IMG/VR virus record: IMGVR_UViG_3300035660_000014
Span: 1-54,305 of that record
Strand: one strand, 5' to 3'
DNA: 54,305 bases
Origin: a virus
Lineage: Duplodnaviria; Caudoviricetes
Positions 46,945-54,305 of this stretch are shown here, in pieces. Each line of letters begins with the position of its first letter. Positions within the stretch are counted from its first letter, which is position 1. The position numbers and the translations under genes are program-made. The notes beneath the pieces were generated by a model. It saw nothing but the letters and a program-made list of their open reading frames with translations, was not told the origin of the DNA and ran no database searches.

Positions 46945-47164
46945 CGATAACACCACGAGACAGGTTACTCGCAAGGTTCGCTGCCACGTCAGCATCACCC
47001 CTGACGTAGAGGTACACCTTTGGCGGACCCAGGTTCGTCACGTAGTACCTCCAACCGTCAGCGGTACGCTCACGGTAGACGGACCAACCACCCAACTTCA
47101 GAACGTGTACGTCCTGCTCGTTCACCAACGAGTCGACCGCGTTCTCGATCTCGTTTCGTGCCAT
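46928..47164 (-). CDS. Small protein with N-terminal tag motif
   Basis: MARNEIENAVDSLVNEQ (ATG at 47164). Confidence 0.7.
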   Translation of the reverse strand: MARNEIENAVDSLVNEQDVHVLKLGGWSVYRERTADGWRYYVTNLGPPKVYLYVRGDADVAANLASNLSRGVIDVQVE

Positions 47165-47184
47165 TCCGTTCACCCCCAGCCAAC

Positions 47185-47445
47185 CTACCAACTAAGCGTG
47201 TGCTCGTCCCTACTGTCCTCCCAACCCAACTTGTAGGCCTTTTCAAGAGCACGCTTCACGATGATCCTCGCTTGGTCGTAAACGGGACCAAACAATGCTG
47301 GGTCGTGGTGCACACCCACCCATTGGGCAATTTCCTCCGCAGTACAAATCGCCAAACTGTTGGGAACGAACCGACTAGGTCCACCCTCTTGCTCGCGAAC
47401 GAGGTTGTCGACCACTTGTTTGACCGTTCTGGGGTCCACCATCAC
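47185..47445 (-). CDS. Small protein with N-terminal tag motif
   Basis: AGGAG RBS; MVDPRTVKQVVDNLVREQ. Confidence 0.7.
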   Translation of the reverse strand: MMVDPRTVKQVVDNLVREQEGGPSRFVPNSLAICTAEEIAQWVGVHHDPALFGPVYDQARIIVKRALEKAYKLGWEDSRDEHTLSW

Positions 47446-47451
47446 ACACTC

Positions 47452-47937
47452 CTACCACGTCGACTCGAAGTTCCTGCCACCCCTCGGGAAGGTGATCATC
47501 CTGCCACCACCCACCTGGTTGAGCTTCATTCCCACCAACTCCTCCAACGCGGCGTGAACCTGTGGTGCGATTGCCGCTTCCATCGTCTCCCTGTCGTAGT
47601 CGAGTTCGAACTCGACGTCGTCGGTCGGTTCCTTTGTCTTGACGTCCACGTGGAGGGACTTCCTAACACGAGCCGTAACCGGGATGGTAACCGAGAACGT
47701 GAGTTCACCAGCGTCCTCCGAACCCGCGTAGAGGATCCTATGGCCACCCTTCGTAAGGAGACCAGAGGGTTCACCTGTTGCCCACGGACGAGTGGGAACA
47801 GGTTCCTCAGAGTCCGGAGGTGGGATGAGTTTGCGACCGTGCGTCCGCAAACGTGGGGTTGGTGAGGGATCCTGTGTGGGTGACTCCTGTTCACCCACCA
47901 GACGGTCAACCGCCTTCCGGATCTCGTTACGTGCCAC
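47452..47937 (-). CDS. Protein with N-terminal tag motif
   Basis: GTG at 47937 after AAGGAG; MARNEIRKAVDRLVGEQ. Confidence 0.7.
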   Translation of the reverse strand: MARNEIRKAVDRLVGEQESPTQDPSPTPRLRTHGRKLIPPPDSEEPVPTRPWATGEPSGLLTKGGHRILYAGSEDAGELTFSVTIPVTARVRKSLHVDVKTKEPTDDVEFELDYDRETMEAAIAPQVHAALEELVGMKLNQVGGGRMITFPRGGRNFESTW

Positions 47938-50900
47938 TTTTCGGCTCCTTACCCGGTTCGTACTCGGGTGGTTGGTGGGAGAAGTTGAGGTTCGGCGTCT
48001 CACCCGTTACGTTGGTCCACATCTGGGAGAACTCCTCCGCCTTCTCCTGGGTAGTGAATTCTATGGCGACGGTGTTGAGGTTCACGTCGTCCACCACAAC
48101 CTTCCCACCGTGGTCCTTCACTAGAGTGTCGAACTGCTCGGGTACCGCGAGTCTCTTGTGCCGAGCGACCCACACTGTGGGTTTCTCGTCCTTCTTGGGT
48201 GGTGTAGGTTCACCCTCCTGTTCCCTCACCTGTCTGGTGGACTCCTCCTTGCGGGGACCGAACTTGCTACACGCGGGTTGGTCTCCCTTCACGTCGGTGG
48301 AACCGGAGTCGGGGTTCGAGCACTTACCCCAACCCTCCCTCTGAGGGTTCGACCCGTAGTAGACACACTTCGAGTGGATTGCGGGACCTTGTTCGGCTAG
48401 GACCTTGTCGACTGCCCGTTCGATGGCATCCCCAACCCCGTGGGGTGGAACTCCACTGAGTGGTTCCTCAGGAGGGTTACCACCCTCCGCAGCCATGTCC
48501 TCCATGCTCGGTAGGTCGCTCGCGTTGGGCGAGATCGCGAACGTGTACCACCTCGGACCCTCGTCCGTCCCGTACATCATCGCAAAGTATTGTATCCCCT
48601 CGGTGGAGTCGACCTTTCCCCTCAGGTAGTACAAGTTCTGGGGACGAAATTGCGCAATTGGGTCCTCCATGATGTCAACATGTGTGATCTCGAAGGAACC
48701 GCGACGTCCAGCACCTAACGCGTCACCAGCACCCAGGAGGGTGTCCTTGTCGAACGGGTCCTTGTAGTCCAACCACAACGCGAGTTTGTCGCCCAAGGGG
48801 TGGTCGGCCGTGATCTCGACACGTTCTCCCAACCGAGTGGGTTGGTCCACAAGCTGGTGGAACCCACACGACTTGCACTCTACAACTCCCACCTCGGGTC
48901 TGTCCTCAAGAGGAGTAACCTCAACGTTGGTGGACTTACACCGCGAGCACCTCTCACTCTTAACCTTCCCCCTCTTGCCCTTCCGTTTCATCTTCGCCTT
49001 GCACTTGGTGCACGTCACCTCGTTGACGTCCGAGGTGACGAGGTACGTGGGCGACCTACGACCGAGGTCGCCACTGGTGTCGCACAGTGTCTTACCTGAT
49101 CCGGTCTTGAGGTGGACAACCTCGGTCTGGAGAGACTCGAGAGGCGGAGGTTCCACACCACGACTCACGCTCTTCGTCCCTCCACGTGCGACCAATAGGC
49201 CTCTCACATACTCCCTCACCTGGTGCAGTGCACGAGAACGGCTAGCGGAGTCCTGGTACTTGTATGGGACCTCCGCGACACTCTCTTTGGCATCGGTGTC
49301 GGGGTCCCACTTCGAGACGACCAGTTCGCCACCGTTGTCGTAGATAGCGTAAGTCGTCCCGTCGTTAGCTTTGTAGGTGGGTTTGAGGGCCTTCCAGTTG
49401 GGTCCAACCGTGTGTGCTGGGTCGACGTCCTCTTGTGGCTCACCCAACACCTTGTCGACAGCACTCTCGATGGAGTCCTCGTCACTCCACCTCTTTGTCG
49501 GCTTACATTCGTAAACCGAGTAGGGGACACCGAGACGTTGGACTACCCTGAGTGCTTTCTCCTGAGACTCGGTGTCGGGAAACTCCATCTGCACCCTACC
49601 GGAGGTCTTGTCGATGTCGAACCTGCTCGGTTGGGCACCCGCGTCGGCGAGTTCCTCCTTGACCGAACCCACCAGGTCGAGGTCGGTGAACTCGAAGTCG
49701 ATGCCCTCCCGCTTCACCGACTCACCGGGACCTTTGGTCTGGTCGAAGTTACCCTCCCACTTGCAGGTTGGACACCGAGCGTGACCTTGGAAGAACTCCA
49801 GCGGGTGTCTACAGGTGGGACAGAGGAGGGTCCCCGACTCGTCCACACTTTGAAGCTCGCGCAAGATATCATGTGCGAGCTCACGGATCTCCTCTTCCTC
49901 CTCAGGTGTGGGTGCCACACCACCTGACTTGTTGTGAAACCTACCGTGAAGCGACCTGATGATGGGTGCTACCTCGTCCTCACCCTGAAACGCGGCAACA
50001 AGGTCGCGGAAGTCTGCCGCCACAACCTCACCCCGCATATCGTCGACAAGAAACTCCTCCAACCGCTTCGGTCTCCGGATGAGTGGCACAAGTTGCTCGA
50101 GTGTGAGGGTCTCCTCGTCCGCCCTGGGAGTGTAGATCCCTGTGAGGGACTCCTTAAGGGTCTCCGCCTTGGGTTCCTCGTAGTGTGCCTTCTTGTCCTC
50201 CCCGATGGAGAGGAGACCCAACCTGGAGGGCAACTTGTCGGAGGGGGAGGACCTAAGGCGCTTGACAACCTCGTCAACTGGTTCGCCAAACGCAAAAGAG
50301 GCGATGACAAACTCCCTAAGGTGACCGAACGAGAACCCGTCCGTCTTCTTCACGAGGTCGTCAATGGCCTCGTCCTCGACCACACCCTTGAGTTTGTGGC
50401 TGAGGTACGCCTTCCTTCCCTCGGCAGGAAGCGTACCGAAGAAGACCTTCCTATCGAACCTCCCCGGACGGAGCAACCTCGGAGGGAACTTCTCTATGTA
50501 GTTCGTGCTCCCGAGGTAGAGGACGTTGTCGACGCTGTTGTCACCGTCTAGGAGTTGCAACAGGGAGTGCTCGCTGTAGCCCACATACTCGTCCAAATCC
50601 TCGAGGACCACGACAACCTTCCTATCGGGTTCGACCTGGCGGAACGCCTTGAGACACTCGATAAGGCTGCTGAGGTCGCGAGCGAAGAACACCACGTCAC
50701 CTCTCTTGATCATCCTCTCCGCGACCTGCTGGATGAGACATGACTTTCCTGTCCCAGGAGGGCCGTAAAGGAGGATGCCTCTGTTGTGGAGGAACCCGAG
50801 CTTCTGGAAGTTCGGCTTGAGGGTCCAGAACGTAGTGACCTCAGCGATGACCTTGTCCATCGCGGTGTTCGGGAACTCGAGGAGCTCGTCCGTCCTCGGT

Positions 50901-51133
50901 TTCACCTTGATGAACTTCGGTCCCTCACAGGTGGTGACCACCTTGTAACCGAACTCCTGGAGTGCGGGACTCAGGACGACGGGACCGACTGGGCTGAATT
51001 CGTTCCCGTCCCTCACGTACTGGGTGTAAGCACGTTTGAGGACCTCGTCACCGGGTGAGCACTCAGTGGACTTGGGAGAGCCAAACCCCTCGGTCAACGG
51101 GTCGACCGCTTTCTTGATCTCGTCGCGTGACAT
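47927..51133 (-). CDS. Giant mosaic protein: AAA+ ATPase followed by Zn ribbons and small alpha/beta modules (putative polyprotein)
   Basis: ATG at 51133 after AGGAG; MSRDEIKKAVDPLTE; Walker A GILLYGPPGTGKS, Walker B VVVLEDLD, SRH LLRPGRFDR; internal SIESAVDKVLGE and AIERAVDKVLAEQ. Confidence 0.85.
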   Translation of the reverse strand: MSRDEIKKAVDPLTEGFGSPKSTECSPGDEVLKRAYTQYVRDGNEFSPVGPVVLSPALQEFGYKVVTTCEGPKFIKVKPRTDELLEFPNTAMDKVIAEVTTFWTLKPNFQKLGFLHNRGILLYGPPGTGKSCLIQQVAERMIKRGDVVFFARDLSSLIECLKAFRQVEPDRKVVVVLEDLDEYVGYSEHSLLQLLDGDNSVDNVLYLGSTNYIEKFPPRLLRPGRFDRKVFFGTLPAEGRKAYLSHKLKGVVEDEAIDDLVKKTDGFSFGHLREFVIASFAFGEPVDEVVKRLRSSPSDKLPSRLGLLSIGEDKKAHYEEPKAETLKESLTGIYTPRADEETLTLEQLVPLIRRPKRLEEFLVDDMRGEVVAADFRDLVAAFQGEDEVAPIIRSLHGRFHNKSGGVAPTPEEEEEIRELAHDILRELQSVDESGTLLCPTCRHPLEFFQGHARCPTCKWEGNFDQTKGPGESVKREGIDFEFTDLDLVGSVKEELADAGAQPSRFDIDKTSGRVQMEFPDTESQEKALRVVQRLGVPYSVYECKPTKRWSDEDSIESAVDKVLGEPQEDVDPAHTVGPNWKALKPTYKANDGTTYAIYDNGGELVVSKWDPDTDAKESVAEVPYKYQDSASRSRALHQVREYVRGLLVARGGTKSVSRGVEPPPLESLQTEVVHLKTGSGKTLCDTSGDLGRRSPTYLVTSDVNEVTCTKCKAKMKRKGKRGKVKSERCSRCKSTNVEVTPLEDRPEVGVVECKSCGFHQLVDQPTRLGERVEITADHPLGDKLALWLDYKDPFDKDTLLGAGDALGAGRRGSFEITHVDIMEDPIAQFRPQNLYYLRGKVDSTEGIQYFAMMYGTDEGPRWYTFAISPNASDLPSMEDMAAEGGNPPEEPLSGVPPHGVGDAIERAVDKVLAEQGPAIHSKCVYYGSNPQREGWGKCSNPDSGSTDVKGDQPACSKFGPRKEESTRQVREQEGEPTPPKKDEKPTVWVARHKRLAVPEQFDTLVKDHGGKVVVDDVNLNTVAIEFTTQEKAEEFSQMWTNVTGETPNLNFSHQPPEYEPGKEPKSGT

Positions 51134-51146
51134 CGGAGCACTCCTA

Positions 51147-51392
51147 CTAGTCACCACCCATTCCGGCAACCGATTGCACGTCTTGCAGAATCCGGTCCAG
51201 GTCGTTGAGTAGTGCTTGACCTGAACCTAGATTGATGTCCCTGTCGATGAGACTCACCAGATGGTCGAGCGCATGTTTGATCTCCCCCACCTTGGCTACC
51301 ACCTCGTCGTAGGGTTGTGATCCACCACCCTCGGGTGGTCCCTGTTCACCCACCAACCGGTCGACCGCTTTCTGGATCTCGTTCTTTGCCAT
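51147..51392 (-). CDS. Small protein with N-terminal tag motif
   Basis: GAGGT RBS; MAKNEIQKAVDRLVGEQ. Confidence 0.7.
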   Translation of the reverse strand: MAKNEIQKAVDRLVGEQGPPEGGGSQPYDEVVAKVGEIKHALDHLVSLIDRDINLGSGQALLNDLDRILQDVQSVAGMGGD

Positions 51393-51404
51393 GTTACGTT
51401 ACCT

Positions 51405-54305
51405 CTACCAACCCTGACCACCTAGTGGGTAACCGGGTTGTGGATACCCACCCTGCACTTGCCTACCCTGGTCCCTCGTGTGAGGTCTCAACTTCGCCAA
51501 CAGCGCCTGGGCAACTGTGGGTGCTTCGTGAGTGGGTAGCAGACGACGAACGTGCCTCAGATACGCTGCTGCAGCCTCTATCCCAGCGGAGTCGACCTCA
51601 CGGAGAAACTCCTCGCACTCGGGGGTTGTGAACGAGTACCAGTCACCGTGAGGTGTCTTAACGTCGGTCTTCTCCTTGAGGATTTGGTCGACCGCCCCCT
51701 CGATGGATTCCTCCTCGGGTGCGTATTGCGCGGGACGGAGTTTCAGGTAAGCCTTCCCACCGAGTTTCCTCACACGCGACCTGAACTCCTCCGCTTTGTC
51801 GCTCGGAACGAGGAACTCGATCCATCCCACGCTGTGACCGGTAACCCTCCCACCGAGTTCCTTCGCGATCACCTCCAGGTTGGTGAGTGCGTCGTCAGGT
51901 GGTATGGTAGGGGTGATGTCCTTCGTGAGCACGGAGAACCGGGACTCGGTGGTTGGTTCACCATTGTCGGGTTGGTAGAACTCTTCCACACCACCTTGGT
52001 AGTAGCAGTCGTTGCAACGAATTATTGTCCCCTCTTCGGGGTCGTTGACGTCCATTAGGCTAGAAGACCCACACCTCGGGCAGGTACCCTGCTTCTGCTG
52101 CTCCACTTCGGTGGTTGAACCTCCTTCCTCACCGAGGACCTCATCTGGGTTAGCGACTCCCAGATCCATAAGTTTCGCTCTCAACTCCTCAACGGGTTCA
52201 CCCGCTTCCTTCGCACGTGAGTACTGGTCCAACAACCCAACCACACGCTCATACCAGGGGAGACCTTTCGCCCAACTTGAAAGAGCGGAGCGACTGATAC
52301 CCGATCGCTCACTAGTCGGAATCACAAAACCGCAGTTGGGACACCTTCCGTGCTCGTCAGGTACGACCTGCTCGTCACACGCCTGGCACCGTACCGTGTT
52401 GGAGGGTTCGCGACGAGCTTCTTGTTTGTGATAACCCCTTACCGGTCTATCGAGTCCCGCACTGAACTTCATGTTCGTAGTTACGGGCACCTCCGTGTTA
52501 CAGATTCTACACTTCACGGAGGTTATCTTACCCGACTCGTCCGCTCGGTAACCCAACAAAAGAGGATCGGGGCACTTGCAACCCGCCTTCCTCAACATAC
52601 GTACCCATCTCTTCTGAACTGAGAGTTCTTCCTCCACTTTCGACTCGACTGTCAGCAAACCACCCACCTGCTCCGTGGACTTGAACGGTTCCTCGATCTC
52701 CATCGGGTTCCCGATCCCGTACAGGTCCGCTTCCACCTGGTCGATGTCGATCCTGAGGAGGGTAACAGGTTGTGCGTCCCCCGGGACGTCAGACTGACCA
52801 GCCAATACAACGTCAGTTACAACGCCCGGGAGGTGTCCACCACTCCCGTAGTAGAGATCTCTTACCATCACCTTATCACCCACGTGTACATCACTACCCC
52901 AAACACGCCTTGTGTCAAGGTCCTCCTCCCTTGGTTCCCGACCGATGTTCGTGACACCATAGTCGCTCAACTCCGACCGCCTGAAGCACATCCCGCAGTC
53001 GGCACAGCACCACTCGTCGGGGTCGCCAGGGGTAGGACGGAGTGGACCACCACACTTTGGGCAACGACTCTCCTTGAGGTTGTCCTCCCCCACAACCTCA
53101 CCAACCTGTTCCTCCACCCGATAGGAGAGTCCATGGTCGTCGAGGAGACGTTTCGCGCTCTCCAGGTCCTCAGGTGAGTGGAACCATATAATAGTGTGAC
53201 CGTCTTTGGAACCCTCGTCTTTGAACTCGAACCCTGCATCACCCAACACTCGGAAGGCTTGAAGGGAGTCGCCCTCGGGGATGGCCAACATCCGCTCGGG
53301 TTCGATGTGCCTAGCTTCCTTCACGTTCGCGTACAGTGCCGCGAGGTGCTTCTTTGCCTTCGCCTTCGAGGAGTGGGTTCCGTGAACCTTCCCTGTCTCC
53401 TTGTTGACCACCTTCCACTTGTCGCCATCCTGTTGGATCTCGTAGGGGTTCTCAGTGAGGAGGGACTCGGGCAACACGAAGGAGATGTGACGCAACCCCT
53501 TCTCGGTTTGTTGCATGAGCACCGTCCTATCCACACCACCATGCTTGACAGCCCGACCTATGGCTTCAACCGCGGCGTCGTAGTCACGACGAACTGCGAG
53601 GACTCGCACGGGGTTTTGGTTGTCGGGGTCGTCCACCTCTACCACTGCGTAGTAACCCATCGTGAGGTTTCGCAACTCGTCGTCCACAGTTGACCTGGTA
53701 GACTCAACAACACATGTGATGCCCGCAGCATCAAGAAGCTCGCGAGCGGCATCACGATCGTCCTGTGTGTGGAACGAGAAGACGGTACGTCCACCTATCC
53801 CCTCATCCTCGAACTCCAAACCAACATCACTCATCGCACGGGAGGCTTGGACAGCCTCCTCATCAGGAACGGAGAGGTCGAGGGAGAAGTACCCAACCTG
53901 CTCCCGGACACGTTGTTTCGACTCACCCTCTTTCAACAACCAGTTCACTACGTCACCGGTCTTTGACTCAAGATCGTGTCGCTGAGAAGACTTCCACTGC
54001 CTCAACTCCTTTCTCTTCCTGTTCAAGTCCCGTACTCGAGCGTCGTACTCCGCAGTCTGTCTGTCTTCCGGCGTCGTGTAGGTCTTACGAATCAGGTCCT
54101 CCATATCACAGATTTCCCTCTTGAGAGCATCTTCGTAGTCGTCCTGCTCCGTCTTCGACTCACCTTGCCCACCACGAGTGATCCGCTCGATCTCCGCGAC
54201 CACAGCATCCCAAGTGGCGAGTCCGAGGTGGGGTAGTTGCAAACCTACCCTCCTAGCAATCTCCTCGTGTTGGTCCTCTAGTGACCCGAACCCCTCGATG
54301 TCCTC
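51405..54305 (-). CDS. Giant acidic mosaic protein (putative polyprotein); frame open to the window edge, alternative TTG start at 54242
   Basis: At least 945 aa; four Zn ribbons, duplicated ~60-aa alpha/beta modules, SIEGAVDQILKE motif; no stop codon between 54242 and 54305. Confidence 0.8.
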   Translation of the reverse strand, partial: EDIEGFGSLEDQHEEIARRVGLQLPHLGLATWDAVVAEIERITRGGQGESKTEQDDYEDALKREICDMEDLIRKTYTTPEDRQTAEYDARVRDLNRKRKELRQWKSSQRHDLESKTGDVVNWLLKEGESKQRVREQVGYFSLDLSVPDEEAVQASRAMSDVGLEFEDEGIGGRTVFSFHTQDDRDAARELLDAAGITCVVESTRSTVDDELRNLTMGYYAVVEVDDPDNQNPVRVLAVRRDYDAAVEAIGRAVKHGGVDRTVLMQQTEKGLRHISFVLPESLLTENPYEIQQDGDKWKVVNKETGKVHGTHSSKAKAKKHLAALYANVKEARHIEPERMLAIPEGDSLQAFRVLGDAGFEFKDEGSKDGHTIIWFHSPEDLESAKRLLDDHGLSYRVEEQVGEVVGEDNLKESRCPKCGGPLRPTPGDPDEWCCADCGMCFRRSELSDYGVTNIGREPREEDLDTRRVWGSDVHVGDKVMVRDLYYGSGGHLPGVVTDVVLAGQSDVPGDAQPVTLLRIDIDQVEADLYGIGNPMEIEEPFKSTEQVGGLLTVESKVEEELSVQKRWVRMLRKAGCKCPDPLLLGYRADESGKITSVKCRICNTEVPVTTNMKFSAGLDRPVRGYHKQEARREPSNTVRCQACDEQVVPDEHGRCPNCGFVIPTSERSGISRSALSSWAKGLPWYERVVGLLDQYSRAKEAGEPVEELRAKLMDLGVANPDEVLGEEGGSTTEVEQQKQGTCPRCGSSSLMDVNDPEEGTIIRCNDCYYQGGVEEFYQPDNGEPTTESRFSVLTKDITPTIPPDDALTNLEVIAKELGGRVTGHSVGWIEFLVPSDKAEEFRSRVRKLGGKAYLKLRPAQYAPEEESIEGAVDQILKEKTDVKTPHGDWYSFTTPECEEFLREVDSAGIEAAAAYLRHVRRLLPTHEAPTVAQALLAKLRPHTRDQGRQVQGGYPQPGYPLGGQGW

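Noticed and set aside
1-54305. Alternative genetic code (stop-codon reassignment) as in some large phages
   Set aside because: Long intact genes and high coding density are obtained with the standard code, and TAG, TGA and TAA all end genes at sensible positions.

Overview
This 54.3-kb window is part of a large contractile-tailed (T4-like/jumbo-type myovirus) phage genome, with essentially all credible genes on the minus strand. In transcription order (right to left) it holds: (i) a ~11-kb block of acidic, Zn-ribbon-rich small and giant mosaic proteins, including an AAA+ ATPase and a region-2-only sigma factor; (ii) a Cys-x3 repeat protein and a membrane/lysis-like cassette; (iii) an 11-gene glycosyltransferase/sugar-modification cluster; (iv) prohead protease-scaffold, major capsid, neck, tail terminator, sheath, tubes, chaperone, tape measure and baseplate genes, one carrying an intein; (v) two Cys-x3-repeat baseplate paralogues, tail fibre genes and a truncated TM2-domain gene. 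No portal, terminase, replication gene, tRNA or CRISPR array is visible. The most striking signal is a short motif, roughly (E/S)-I-x-x-A-V-D-x-L-(V/L)-x-E. It starts many small proteins and separates domains inside giant ones, which suggests a capsid-targeting and protease-cleavage tag for polyprotein cargo. Other notable signals are the long C-(E/Q)-x-x arrays resembling radical-SAM (ranthipeptide) substrates fused to baseplate proteins, a probable virion-glycosylation operon, a beta-domain shared by capsid and baseplate, and a likely +1 frameshift before the tape measure gene. All family calls come from motif recognition by eye, not database searches.
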